From Myxococcota bacterium (lineage in GTDB: Bacteria > Myxococcota > UBA4151): DNA of 29,136 nucleotides. Of the stretch, positions 15,704 through 26,136 are shown piece by piece; within the stretch, counting starts at the first letter, position 1, and each line of letters starts with the position of its first letter. The stretch covers positions 1-29,136 of the forward strand of contig JBDQPD010000038.1 of assembly GCA_040260805.1 (NCBI GenBank), read 5' to 3'. A model generated the notes under the pieces. It saw only the letters and a program-made list of their open reading frames with translations. It was not told the DNA's origin and searched no databases. The position numbers and the translations under genes are program-made.

Positions 15704-18136
15704 GTGATGTTCGAATGTAATGAGTTTATTGAGTATGATCTCAGCGTTATGAAGGTCCAAACGAAAGCCTCGTTAATGAGCGCCGAGGCGTCTCTTGATC
15801 CGCACACTCAATGGTGTCTGTCGGTGCTTCAGGACGTGTTGCTTGCGGGATTGAGCCTGCGAAGCGACCTGGAGAAGCCGAGGGTCGATCCTTTTGAGGA
15901 GTGGGTGTCTAAGAACTGGTCGTTGGATACCTCTGTTACGAGCCATGACGGGTGGATCATCTTGCTCGCTTTGGCGCGCAACCCAGCCCTTTCTCGCCTC
16001 GAAAAGGTGCTGGGCTTTCAGCAAGTCGCTGAGCTCAAGAATCGACTGAACGAGACCTCGGAGGCGGCGCAAGGGGGTGACGAAAGGGTCCATAACCTGG
16101 AGGCTGGAGAGGAACTTCTGGCTTGGTTGACCTTACCTTTTCGAGAGGCGCCTGAAGGTCTTGAGGACCAGATTCGGTGGGTGCTCGAGCATTGGCCACA
16201 TGTTCTTGATGGCGACTTGCGGCGCGTGCTGCTGCGCACATTGGATCGGATCGCAGAGTACCACACTCCGCGTCAGGGCGGCGCCGCGGTTCACCAGGCT
16301 CCGGGACTGAATTCAAGCGATGAGCTTGAGCGCTTTACCGATGACAGCGACTGGATGACGCGCTGTGTTTTGATCGCAAAGCACACCTGCGTCTGGTTGG
16401 ATCAGCTCTCGACGAACGCCAACCGCGTCATTGAACGGCTGGACGAGATCCCAGACGACGCGCTCGCCGAGCTCGTTGAACGGGGTTTTACGACCCTTTG
16501 GTTGATCGGCCTTTGGGTGCGCTCGAGCGCATCGCAGACGATTAAGAAACGGCGCGGTAACCTCGAGGCCGAAGCTTCGGCTTATTCGCTCACGGACTAT
16601 CGAGTAGCCGACCGATTCGGCGGCGCTGAAGCGCTCGATCGCTTGCGGGAACGAGCGGGAAAATTCGGTCTGCGGCTGGCTGCGGATATGGTGCCGAACC
16701 ACACCGGATTAGACAGTCGCTGGATGGTTGAGCACCCGGACTGGTTCGTTCAGCTCGATCAACCACCATTTCCTGGATACAGCTTCAACGGACCCGATAT
16801 TTCGGGGGACCAGCGGCTGTGTGTCCAACTCGAAGACGGCTATTGGGACGAAAGCGATGCGGCGGTTGTGTTTCGAGTGACTGACCCCCAGAGCGGTCGA
16901 GAACGTTATGTCTATCACGGCAACGACGGCACCCAGATGCCCTGGAACGATACCGCCCAGCTCGACCACGCACAGCCTGTGGTCCGAGAAGCTCTTATCC
17001 AAACGATTATCGACGTGGCGAGACAGTTCTCGGTCATCCGATTCGATGCGGCGATGACCTTGGCGAAACAGCATATTCAACGATTATGGCACCCACCTGC
17101 GGGCCAAGGCGGGGCGATCGCTTCGCGCGCAAGCTACGGCCTATCCGCAGCTGAGTTCGAGCGCCTATGTCCCGAAGAGTTTTGGTGCGAAGTGGTGGAC
17201 CGCGTGCGCTTAGAGGCGCCCGATACCCTGCTGATTGCCGAAGCCTTTTGGATGATGGAGGGGTACTTCGTACGCCGCTTGGGAATGCATAGAGTCTACA
17301 ACAGCGCGTTTATGCATATGCTGCGCGATGAAAACAACGTCGGCTACCGTGACGTGATCAAGGAGGTCCTAGCGACGCAGCCAGCGGTTCTCGAGCGCTT
17401 CGTTAACTTTATGAACAACCCTGATGAAGAGACAGCAGCCGAGCAGTTTGGCACCGGCGACAAGTACTTTGGAATCGCGACGCTGCTCTCGACGCTTCCC
17501 GGCTTGCCGATGTTTGGTCATGGGCAAACCGAAGGGTTGCGCGAGAAGTACGGCATGGAGTTCGCAAAAGCCTACCATAAGGAATCCACTGATGAGGGCT
17601 TGCTCGGATATCACGAGCGCGTGATCTTCCCGCTGCTCAAGGCTCGACGCCGCTTTGGTGGTGTCGAGTTTTTCAGGTTCTTTGACTTGGTGGATGATCA
17701 CGGCGAACCCAGCGATAACGTCTATGCGTATTGCAACAAGGCGCATGCAGAGGACTCGAGCACCTTGGTGATCTACAACAACTCGATCGAGCCCGCCGTG
17801 GGCTGGTTAAACGCCAGCGTCCCCTTTAAGGCAGCTGCAGATGAGGACGGGTTGCGCAGCGAGCGGTTGGTCGATGCATTGCGCCTGCAAAGGGACAAGG
17901 TGTATCGTCTCGAGGATTCAGGGCGCGGTGTCACCCGGCATGAGGACGGTCAAACCCTCTGGGAGAGCGGTTTGCGAGTCGAGCTTGGTGGTTATGAGAC
18001 CCTCGTCTTTGATCGACTTGAACTCGAAATGGAGCGACCGGTGGTCGATCAAACTAAACCTGAACAGGTGGCGAGTGGAGCGCTCGCCGATGGCGTGCAC
18101 GCGCCGTCGTCCTCACCGGTTGAGTTTGAAGGCTAG
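15704..18136 (+). CDS. Alpha-amylase family (GH13) glycoside hydrolase; start uncertain (15704, 15749 or 15776)
   Basis: LWLIGLW, ASAYSL, DMVPNH (region I), IRFDAAM (II), IAEAFW (III), NFMNNPDE (IV), LPGLPMFGHGQ. Confidence 0.9.
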   Translation: MMFECNEFIEYDLSVMKVQTKASLMSAEASLDPHTQWCLSVLQDVLLAGLSLRSDLEKPRVDPFEEWVSKNWSLDTSVTSHDGWIILLALARNPALSRLEKVLGFQQVAELKNRLNETSEAAQGGDERVHNLEAGEELLAWLTLPFREAPEGLEDQIRWVLEHWPHVLDGDLRRVLLRTLDRIAEYHTPRQGGAAVHQAPGLNSSDELERFTDDSDWMTRCVLIAKHTCVWLDQLSTNANRVIERLDEIPDDALAELVERGFTTLWLIGLWVRSSASQTIKKRRGNLEAEASAYSLTDYRVADRFGGAEALDRLRERAGKFGLRLAADMVPNHTGLDSRWMVEHPDWFVQLDQPPFPGYSFNGPDISGDQRLCVQLEDGYWDESDAAVVFRVTDPQSGRERYVYHGNDGTQMPWNDTAQLDHAQPVVREALIQTIIDVARQFSVIRFDAAMTLAKQHIQRLWHPPAGQGGAIASRASYGLSAAEFERLCPEEFWCEVVDRVRLEAPDTLLIAEAFWMMEGYFVRRLGMHRVYNSAFMHMLRDENNVGYRDVIKEVLATQPAVLERFVNFMNNPDEETAAEQFGTGDKYFGIATLLSTLPGLPMFGHGQTEGLREKYGMEFAKAYHKESTDEGLLGYHERVIFPLLKARRRFGGVEFFRFFDLVDDHGEPSDNVYAYCNKAHAEDSSTLVIYNNSIEPAVGWLNASVPFKAAADEDGLRSERLVDALRLQRDKVYRLEDSGRGVTRHEDGQTLWESGLRVELGGYETLVFDRLELEMERPVVDQTKPEQVASGALADGVHAPSSSPVEFEG

Positions 18137-18142
18137 TAGACG

Positions 18143-21094
18143 ATGAGCTCCTATATCTGCTTTCACGGTCATTTTTATCAGCCTTCGCGGATTAATCCGT
18201 GGACCAATGAGTGGGACCAGCAGCCTAGCGCCGCGCCGTACAGCGACTGGAACGCTCGCATTGCAGCCGAATGTTATGCGCCGAACGTGGCGGCTCGTTT
18301 GCTCGACGAGGCCGGCGCCACGCGCGCTTGGACCAATAATTACAGCCGCATGAGTTTTGACGTCGGCCCGACCCTGGTTAACTGGCTGCGCCGCAACGAG
18401 CCGTGGCTGGTTGATGCGATCATCGCCGCCGACCGCGAGAGTCTTGACCGCTGTGGTTACGGTTCGGCGATCGCTCAGGCTTATCACCACCCGATCATCC
18501 CGCTCTGCGATGACGCCGACCAAGTGCGTGAGATTCGATGGGGCTTGGAGAGTTTCGAGCAGACCTTTGGTCGCCGAGCGCGTGGCTTGTGGCTGCCCGA
18601 AACCGCGCTCGACACCCAAGCGCTCGAGGTTTGCGCCCAGGAGGGCGTCGAATTCGTGATCGTTTCAGCGCATCAGATCGCCTCGGTGCGTGCACCCGAT
18701 GAGTCCATCTGGCGAAATGCTCAAGATGTAGATGCCATCGACGGGCGCGCCTACACAGCCGAGCTTCCGAGCGGTGCGTCGGTCATCATCGTGCCTTATG
18801 CTCAAGATCTTTCGGCTGGGATCTCGTTTGGTGGCTGGCTCAACAATGGCGGCGATCTAGCGGACCGCATGCGCTCGGTCGCCCACCAGCGAGGTTTGGC
18901 TTTGGGAGCAACCGACGGTGAGACCTATGGTCATCATCATCGGCACGGCGAGATGGCCTTGGCTTATGCGCTAGAGCAGCTCGCAAGCGATGCGTCCGTT
19001 CAGGTGGTTAATCTCGAGCAGTGGTTGGCGCTTGAGCCGCCAAGTTGGAGCTGCCGTATCCTCGCGCAGAGCAGCTGGAGCTGTGCGCATGGCTTTGAGC
19101 GCTGGCGGAGCGATTGTGGTTGCAAGATCGCCCCTGACCGGGCGTCGCATCAGCGCTGGCGCGCGCCGCTTCGCTCGACCCTTGAGGCTCTGCGAGACCA
19201 AGGACGTGACGCCTTGCGCCCACTAGGTGACCAACTCTTTGTCGACGCCCAAAAGGCGCTCGACGCGTACGGTGAGACCATTGACCAAGCCGATCAATTT
19301 GAGTCCTGGTATGCTCAATTTGCTGTGGACCAATCAGCCCATAAGACGGCGCGTCTGTGGCTGGAGGCGCACCGGCATTTGATGGCGATGTTTACCAGCT
19401 GTGGCTGGTTCTTTGATGACGTCACGGGGATCGAGCCGATGCAGAATCTTCGGCACGCGGCCTTTGCTCTGGCGCAGATCAAGGCGCTCGCGGGGGTCGA
19501 TCTAGCGAGTGAGTTCAGAGTCGGTCTAACTCAGCTGCCGTCAAATGCGGACCTTGGAACCCTGCTCAAAGGGTTTGATGCCGCCCTCGAAGCGCACTCC
19601 TGCAAGGACGCTGATTCCCGTCAGCGCCCCTCACGATGTGCGGGGCTGTTGTTGCCGGTGAGCTGCCTCGAAGGTGAAGGTCCGATCGGCAGTCTTGATG
19701 GGGCTTATGATGCGATCGATTGGATGGTCGAGGCGGGCTGCTCGTTGTGGCAGGTGTTGCCCTTGTCGCCAACCGATCCGACCGGCAGTCCCTACAGCAG
19801 CTGGTCGGCGTGGAGCGGTCATCCGGGCCTGGTCGGTTTAGGTTGGTTGCGACAGCAGGGGCTGCTTGATTCGGAGCCGCTTACGACCTCGGCGCAGACC
19901 GATTATGGTGACCCACTCCTCGAGAAAATGGCGAGCCTTCGTCGAGCCGCTGAGTTCATGCTTGGGAGCGATGATCATCCGCTGCGGAATCGGTTTGAGC
20001 GTTGGAAGGTCAGCGCACCCTGGGCGCTCGATGCGGCTTTGTTTCAGACCATCAAAATTCACCATGACAACACCGGCTGGTGGCAGTGGCCTGTCGGCTT
20101 ACGGAACTGCCGACCGCAGTCTTTAGAAGCCTTTTATTATCAGCACCGGTTCGAGGTCGAGACCTGGCGAGCCATGCTCTTTTTCTTTGAAGAGCAGTGG
20201 TCGCAGGTTCGCCGATATGCCAAAAGCCGCGGCCTTCAGATTGTGGGCGATCTGCCCATCTATGTGGCTTGGGACAGCGTCGATGTGTGGTGCCATCCCG
20301 AGCTGTTTGAGCTCGACGCTCAAGGTCAACCGCTCAAGGTCGCAGGGTGTCCGCCAGATGCCTTTAGTGAGCTGGGTCAGCGCTGGGGAAACCCAGTGTA
20401 CGATTGGGCCGCGCACGAAGCGACGGGTTACGCGTGGTGGATTGAACGAACGCGACGGAACCTTAAGCTCTACGATGTCATCAGGATCGACCATTTTATC
20501 GGGTTCTCTCGATTTTATGGGATCCCTTTTGAGCACGAAGACGCACGCGATGGGGCCTGGTATCCGGGCCCGTCATTTGCGTTGTTTGACGCGATTAAGG
20601 CGGCTCTGGGCGCCTTGCCATTTTGGGTCGAGGACCTTGGCGAGGTCGACGAAGGCACCTTGGCATTGCGGGACGGATTAGGGCTGCCGGGCATGGCGAT
20701 TACCCAGTTTGGTTTCTTGAACGAAGCCGACAACCCGCACGCGCTCAGGAACCATCATGAGCATTTGGTCGTGTATCCAGGGACCCACGATAACGACACC
20801 CTCTTGGGATGGTGGGAGCAGCAACCGGAGTCTGTTCACGCAGAACTAGGAATAGCGGGCGAAGGCCAAGCAGTAGTCGCCGAGCTCTTGACCCGGACCT
20901 TAGGGTCGCCAGCTGCTATCGCCGTCGTGCCGATGCAAGATGTCTTGGGGCTCGATGGTGCCGCTCGATTCAACACACCGGGTACCTGCGAGTCGAACTG
21001 GCATTGGCGCCTGCCGGCTGATGCGTTGAATTCAGCGCACGCTCAGTCGGTTCGGGCTCAACTAGCGAAGAGCGACAGACTCACAAAGGGGTGA
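18143..21094 (+). CDS. malQ: Fusion of a GH57/DUF3536 glycoside hydrolase with 4-alpha-glucanotransferase (GH77)
   Basis: N-half: HGHFYQP, GLWLPET, TDGETYGHH, SWSCAHG, MFTSCGWFFDD. C-half from about 19633: WQVLPL, SPYS, GDLPIYV, GQRWGNP, RIDHF, EDLG, YPGTHDNDT. Confidence 0.92.
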   Translation: MSSYICFHGHFYQPSRINPWTNEWDQQPSAAPYSDWNARIAAECYAPNVAARLLDEAGATRAWTNNYSRMSFDVGPTLVNWLRRNEPWLVDAIIAADRESLDRCGYGSAIAQAYHHPIIPLCDDADQVREIRWGLESFEQTFGRRARGLWLPETALDTQALEVCAQEGVEFVIVSAHQIASVRAPDESIWRNAQDVDAIDGRAYTAELPSGASVIIVPYAQDLSAGISFGGWLNNGGDLADRMRSVAHQRGLALGATDGETYGHHHRHGEMALAYALEQLASDASVQVVNLEQWLALEPPSWSCRILAQSSWSCAHGFERWRSDCGCKIAPDRASHQRWRAPLRSTLEALRDQGRDALRPLGDQLFVDAQKALDAYGETIDQADQFESWYAQFAVDQSAHKTARLWLEAHRHLMAMFTSCGWFFDDVTGIEPMQNLRHAAFALAQIKALAGVDLASEFRVGLTQLPSNADLGTLLKGFDAALEAHSCKDADSRQRPSRCAGLLLPVSCLEGEGPIGSLDGAYDAIDWMVEAGCSLWQVLPLSPTDPTGSPYSSWSAWSGHPGLVGLGWLRQQGLLDSEPLTTSAQTDYGDPLLEKMASLRRAAEFMLGSDDHPLRNRFERWKVSAPWALDAALFQTIKIHHDNTGWWQWPVGLRNCRPQSLEAFYYQHRFEVETWRAMLFFFEEQWSQVRRYAKSRGLQIVGDLPIYVAWDSVDVWCHPELFELDAQGQPLKVAGCPPDAFSELGQRWGNPVYDWAAHEATGYAWWIERTRRNLKLYDVIRIDHFIGFSRFYGIPFEHEDARDGAWYPGPSFALFDAIKAALGALPFWVEDLGEVDEGTLALRDGLGLPGMAITQFGFLNEADNPHALRNHHEHLVVYPGTHDNDTLLGWWEQQPESVHAELGIAGEGQAVVAELLTRTLGSPAAIAVVPMQDVLGLDGAARFNTPGTCESNWHWRLPADALNSAHAQSVRAQLAKSDRLTKG

Positions 21095-21142
21095 GGCTTC
21101 GAGCGCAGACATGCTGTCTTTAGCGTGGGGTGTGCGCTTGAT

Positions 21143-22705
21143 CTATGGAGCGCTCGGGCACGGAGGAGCCGCTTCAAGATGCATCAGGGTCCAGGCGGTT
21201 TCGTAGCCGATTTTGTGGGCGGTCCAGCGCTTCCATTCACCCGACCCACGGTCGCCGGGCTCCTCGCCGAGTACGCACTTTCCGGTCAGCAAAGTGTACA
21301 TAAAGGCGCCGCTCGCTTTGTCTAAGTCACGGTGCATATGCCAGGCATCTCGAAAGGCGGATTGACCGGGGATCGCTTCACGCAGTTGAGCAAAGAGGGT
21401 GCGAACAGGTACGGCGCGAGCGTGCGGCAGCTCGGATGCATCGACCATAAACCGCGCCACGCCGATGTCGGTGTCGTTGATCGTGCCGCTGTCTCGGTGG
21501 TCTAAGCCATAGAGCATCGACTCGTCGCCGCGGTTGCCGTTGTCTTGCATCGGAAACCCAAACGAGAAGTCAAAGCGCGCTGGGTCGACCTGATAGCGTT
21601 TGTTCGCCTCGAAGTTTGAGTTGGCGCGGCCGTAGTTAAAGTTGATGGGGGACTCGCCGCCGTTTTGTAAGGTCTCTGAGGCTTGGTCAAAGACCCAGTT
21701 GAGCCCATCTAGGATGCCCCGCTCAGAGCTTGAACCGGTGTGGTTGTAGCTGATCAATTCTTCATCCACTTCGCAGCCGCTGAAGGGCGAAACGGGGACC
21801 TGCCCTTGAGCGCTCGGGCTGCGCCCTCTGGCATCTGAGACGACGCGCAGCGCAACCTCAGCGAGCTCGTCATCATAGGTGTAGTCGGACGCCGCTGCGC
21901 TCTGGTTGGTGATCTGCGAGTAGATCGAGGCGGCGGCTAGGTAGGCGCCGTGAGGAGTGGGGTGAAGGTTTGATGCATCACGCTTCTCCTCATTGAGTGT
22001 GTGCCAAGCGCGACCAGCGGGCACCATCTCAAGTCCAACGGCGGCGCCGTTCGCGACGCGGTGGGTGACGTGGTCAAATCGCTCGGCCATCGCCTCCGAG
22101 GCGTCGCCTTTTGACCACAGCATCATCAGCAACGGCTTCGCTCCGCCCGCGGCGACTTTAGCGGCGACCTTGTTCACGCCCAAGGCATAATAGCCCGGCA
22201 GCGTTGCGACCATGTAGGGGTCGGCGCCGATGACCACGAAATCCCAAACGAGGTCACCCTCATTGCTTAAGTCAGCCCATCGCTCAGCTTGACCTTCGGG
22301 CCAATAATAATGCTGCGCCAAGGAGTGGCTGTGGTGGGCATAGGTGTATTCGGCGCCGTTTTGTCCCAGCCCAAGGGTGACCTGTTTGGTCTTATGCAGA
22401 TCACGGCTTGCGACTTGGACCGAGCCATCAAAAGACGCGTCTGCCTCGAGAATCGTACCGAGCTCGACGGCGATCTGATCTGGCGAGAAGGCTGCACCGT
22501 TGATCGAGGCGTTGGTCCCAAGCACTAGGATGTTGACCACGCCATCGCCGTTCTGATCCGGGTTGGTCGGCGCAGCTGGAGTGACCTGATTTTGAGACTC
22601 GCCTTCATCGCCAGGGCCCGAGCAGCCCGTGAGACATAAGCCGACCAGCGCCGATAACGAAAGGGTCAGCCGTGTGGGCATAAACGAGGTCGCAAGGTGC
22701 TTCAT
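21143..22705 (-). CDS. Hypothetical lipoprotein with SGNH-hydrolase-like features
   Basis: GGAGG favours ATG 22705; LTGC lipobox; ILVLG, WDFVVI, VPAGRAW, DASNLHPTPHGAYLAA; second DAWH motif. Confidence 0.7.
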   Translation of the reverse strand: MKHLATSFMPTRLTLSLSALVGLCLTGCSGPGDEGESQNQVTPAAPTNPDQNGDGVVNILVLGTNASINGAAFSPDQIAVELGTILEADASFDGSVQVASRDLHKTKQVTLGLGQNGAEYTYAHHSHSLAQHYYWPEGQAERWADLSNEGDLVWDFVVIGADPYMVATLPGYYALGVNKVAAKVAAGGAKPLLMMLWSKGDASEAMAERFDHVTHRVANGAAVGLEMVPAGRAWHTLNEEKRDASNLHPTPHGAYLAAASIYSQITNQSAAASDYTYDDELAEVALRVVSDARGRSPSAQGQVPVSPFSGCEVDEELISYNHTGSSSERGILDGLNWVFDQASETLQNGGESPINFNYGRANSNFEANKRYQVDPARFDFSFGFPMQDNGNRGDESMLYGLDHRDSGTINDTDIGVARFMVDASELPHARAVPVRTLFAQLREAIPGQSAFRDAWHMHRDLDKASGAFMYTLLTGKCVLGEEPGDRGSGEWKRWTAHKIGYETAWTLMHLEAAPPCPSAP

Positions 22706-22879
22706 ATTGTCCTCCATCGGCCACCTAGTACAGCGGGTGTTGCACGGGCAAGACGGTGCCTGTGTTAAGCCATGCGATTCCGCCGCTTACGATAACTTGC
22801 TTCCGACGATACGAAGCCAGCCGATCAGCCCGTCATAGCGATCGCCGCTAGGGTTCAGCGAGCCAGAGGCTCGTAGGGT

Positions 22880-25147
22880 CTATGGGCTACGCCACCAGCG
22901 AGCCGTCCAGCGTTCGCCGAAGCGAAGCATCAAAGGGGCGCCTGCGCTCGGCGCTGGAATCGACCAATGCCGCTCACCCTCGGGTGTTGCTTCCGTTATC
23001 GAACCTCGGAGCAGATGGACTGAGAGCTCGCCTTGTGGGGCGTGCTCTGTGACCTCGATGTGGATACGCTGATCCACGCGTCGCATCGAGAGCCAGATCG
23101 GTTCGAAGATCAACGTGGGGCGATGCGTGGGCTTGCAACGAAATCGAACACGCGCCCCGCTGGGAAACTCTAGGGTACCTTGCGGTTTGGGGGTCAAGAT
23201 ATAGGGCGAGGCGCCGCTTCGTACCTGACCTTGACTGTCCCAAAGACGTGACTTGGGATCGTCGTCAAAAATGAGTCGATGCTGACTACCATGCCCGGGC
23301 ACATAACGCGGCATCGGCACCAGCGTGCAGCGGCTATTGGTGGAGCCGGCGAGGGGGACCTCGCGCAGGAACCGGACGTGACCCTCCATTGCCGATGCGA
23401 TGAGATCCATCATGCCATCCGAATCGAAGTCGGTCTTGAGCACCGCTCGAGTGGAGTAGGGTCGTTCCTCGTTGGCGCTGCCCAACGTGGAGTGAGGGGG
23501 GATCCCGACATCACCGCTGTGCCAATCAAATCGGCCCGGTCGCTTTTGAAGCAACAAAAGGTCTAAGTGAGCGGCGAAGTCTGCAGCCGCCTGCTCAGGA
23601 ACAGCGCCGTTGCCCACATACAGATCGTCATGACCGTCAAAGTCAAAGTCGTCGACGACAATGCCCCAGCTGTAGACCGTGGTTGCGCCTAGGTAGCCCA
23701 TACCGGCGTTCACCCGAGGGGCGATGTCGACCGAGCCCGAATTACTTTGACGCAGCAATCGATTATCAAATCGATCGCTGACGTAGAGGTGATGAGCGTC
23801 ATGGTTTGCTAAACGCAGGACGCCCGTTCCCATGAACGAGCCCGGGCGACCGCTGGCGGGGGTGTACCGCTGCACGCGAAAGCGGCAATGCTCGTTCGGT
23901 GCGCAGGCGAAATAGGTGCCGCCAGGGGCAGGGCTCTCGAGAACGTTTCGGGCGAGGTCATCTTCGCTTACGAGGACATCACCCAAGCCATCATCATTAA
24001 GATCGGCTAAGCCGAGCGCAAGCGTTGAGCTGGCGTAAGCGTGCAAAATGGAGTCCCCACGCTGCCAACTCCTTCGACTCAGCACTCTCAGGTCTCCGTG
24101 CTCATCTTGCACAAAAAGCAGGTTTCGGAAGTCCTCGAAGGCGCCGTGAAACATGTCGAAATGGCATCCGATCATCAGATCGAGTCGACCGTCGTAGTTA
24201 AAGTCATGGGCCACGGCAGAGCCTGCGTTGCAGAAACGGCGAGGGTCATCTGCCTCGAGCTGGCTGAGCAGTTCGACGCGTCCTGCTTGGGGATAAAAAG
24301 TTTCGACAACTACTGATCCTGAGCCGAGCCGAATGAGCTCATGGACGCCGTCACCGCGCAGGTCGATCGATGTGGCTCCATGCCAAGCCACCGCTTCGCT
24401 CTGGCAGGCAGACTCGACGGGCTCAAACTTGATAAAACTTGGCTCGGATAGGTTCTCATAAAGGCAGGCGGGAGACCCTCCTTCGCTTCCGACGAACACA
24501 TCAAGGTCGAGGTCACCGTCGATATCAAGGAGTGCCAGCCCAAAACCCGTACCGCCTGCCCTGATTCGCGTTCGATCGAGCATCCGCGAGATTTGGTTTG
24601 CGAGCGCCTCGGGGTGAACCGATTCAAACTGAACGCCTGCGACTTGGCGAGGTCGAGGCAAGCAGACGCCCTCACGGCAGCGCTCTTGTTCGCCGCAGTC
24701 GCTGTGCGCTAGGCAATCGAGTTCCGTACAGCGTCCTGATTCGGAGCAGCGCTCCGGAGCCGCGCAGTCCGAATCGTTGAGGCAATCCACGGTCCTAACC
24801 TCGACGCAACGATCACCGAACCGGTGCAACTCTGGACAGTCGGGTCGGACACCTGATCCTACATCGGAGGCCGCGTCGGGGCGGCTGCTGGCATCGAGTG
24901 GCTCAAAGCCGCCGTCAGGCGATTGGCTGTTCGGAATTGGAGTCGGAGTGGGAGTCGAGGGCGCTGGCGATTCAGCATCTGCGCAAGCTGCGGTCGCGCA
25001 GAGTAACGTCAGGAGATGACGAAGCTGAAGCCGAGACGGTCCTCGTTGTGCCAACGTCAACGGTTTTGGAGGATGGTGTTTCGAGCCAAGCAACCCGTGA
25101 GCGAATTCCATTGGCTGACTATGGTCTGCCGGTTTCAGCGGCGGCAA
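22880..25147 (-). CDS. FG-GAP/VCBS-repeat (CRTAC1/ASPIC-like) putative lipoprotein with CxxDxDC repeats; start uncertain
   Basis: DIDGDLDLDVFV, DFNYDGRLDL, DLNDDGLGDV, DFDFDGHDDLYVGNG, DFDSDGMMDL; LLTLLCATAAC candidate lipobox. Confidence 0.82.
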   Translation of the reverse strand: MPPLKPADHSQPMEFAHGLLGSKHHPPKPLTLAQRGPSRLQLRHLLTLLCATAACADAESPAPSTPTPTPIPNSQSPDGGFEPLDASSRPDAASDVGSGVRPDCPELHRFGDRCVEVRTVDCLNDSDCAAPERCSESGRCTELDCLAHSDCGEQERCREGVCLPRPRQVAGVQFESVHPEALANQISRMLDRTRIRAGGTGFGLALLDIDGDLDLDVFVGSEGGSPACLYENLSEPSFIKFEPVESACQSEAVAWHGATSIDLRGDGVHELIRLGSGSVVVETFYPQAGRVELLSQLEADDPRRFCNAGSAVAHDFNYDGRLDLMIGCHFDMFHGAFEDFRNLLFVQDEHGDLRVLSRRSWQRGDSILHAYASSTLALGLADLNDDGLGDVLVSEDDLARNVLESPAPGGTYFACAPNEHCRFRVQRYTPASGRPGSFMGTGVLRLANHDAHHLYVSDRFDNRLLRQSNSGSVDIAPRVNAGMGYLGATTVYSWGIVVDDFDFDGHDDLYVGNGAVPEQAAADFAAHLDLLLLQKRPGRFDWHSGDVGIPPHSTLGSANEERPYSTRAVLKTDFDSDGMMDLIASAMEGHVRFLREVPLAGSTNSRCTLVPMPRYVPGHGSQHRLIFDDDPKSRLWDSQGQVRSGASPYILTPKPQGTLEFPSGARVRFRCKPTHRPTLIFEPIWLSMRRVDQRIHIEVTEHAPQGELSVHLLRGSITEATPEGERHWSIPAPSAGAPLMLRFGERWTARWWRSP

Positions 25148-25308
25148 GCCACAAGCGGATTACTGCCCGCTATAAATCACTAGTTTTGCTCTGTAAACAG
25201 TCTCTCTCTCCGGAGCTGTATAGACGTCTTAGGCGATGACAGAAGCCTCGTTATCGACTTGGTGTCTGCGCTTAAATCAACGGATGAATACGTCGGTATA
25301 CCCGATTC

Positions 25309-25330
25309 AAAAACATGCCTGCTTAGGCAC
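25309..25330 (-). terminator. Possible intrinsic terminator of the amidase gene
   Basis: Minus strand GTGCCT-AAGC-AGGCAT-GTTTTT, about 80 bp after the stop; short stem. Confidence 0.4.
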
Positions 25331-25410
25331 GACGGTCTAGCTTCGCGTTGCCGCAGCTCAGGCTGGAATAGACCGTTTGGGATGGCCAGACTGCAGCCGC
25401 CATAAAGTCG

Positions 25411-25974
25411 CTACTTGATGGGTAAGAAGACCCGAGCGGGGGCGCCGCCGTAGTGGCTCTGCATCTGCGGTGCGATGTGATCGCTAGCCTCGCGCCCATC
25501 GCCTAAAGCGATCGAGATATGTCCTGACTTGCTCGAGCCTTTACCCCAGACGACGACCGCACCGGCGGGAAGCTTTGACAGATCGTTCGGGGGTACTTCA
25601 CGAAAAAGATCCTTACGTGCAGCCAGCTGAGGTGCGCTCATATAGGCGTGACCACCTGATAAGAATTTAGAGACGCTTCGATCGATGACGTCGGCGACGG
25701 CGTTGTAGCAGTTACCGACGGTACCGCGTCGGTTCGCCTCGCTCTTCGCGTCGTGAGCGATCGCTTTGCCCAGGCTGGCGTCATAGCCCTTTGGTTCGAA
25801 GGCGATTCGAGGTGCCTCGACGTCAAAGCCGGACGGGAAGCGTGTCTCTGGGCTGCTTGGTTGCATCGGGTTAACTGCAGGTTGCAAGGGCAGCGCATCG
25901 GCAGAAGCGCCACTAAGGCTCTGCGGTTGGCGAGCCACATCAAAGGCTAAATTCGATCCGATCGGCTGCGTCAT
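25411..25974 (-). CDS. CHAP/NlpC-P60-superfamily cysteine amidase/peptidase with a low-complexity N-terminus
   Basis: GGGAGGA precedes ATG 25974; GNCYNAV (Cys), LPAGAVVVW, GHISIALGDG...SDH (His). Confidence 0.75.
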   Translation of the reverse strand: MTQPIGSNLAFDVARQPQSLSGASADALPLQPAVNPMQPSSPETRFPSGFDVEAPRIAFEPKGYDASLGKAIAHDAKSEANRRGTVGNCYNAVADVIDRSVSKFLSGGHAYMSAPQLAARKDLFREVPPNDLSKLPAGAVVVWGKGSSKSGHISIALGDGREASDHIAPQMQSHYGGAPARVFLPIK

Positions 25975-26136
25975 GAGATCCTCCCTTGCCATCGAATTAG
26001 GTATCGTACGTTTGGCTGATGCGTTGCTAAGAACTATGATCATGGTGTCTTGGATGATGTGTTGGGTCTGACCGCAGCGCGAGCAAACCGTTTAGCCGCT
26101 TGCACCAAAGGGGGTGCAGCGGCCACACTGATCGCC

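Noticed and set aside
25150..25410. c-di-GMP-like riboswitch or ncRNA (ACGCGAAGC on minus strand; ACGGTCTA/TAGACCGT inverted repeat)
   Set aside because: Lacks the GGCAAAC and GNRA elements of the c-di-GMP-I consensus; an 8-bp inverted repeat alone is insufficient.
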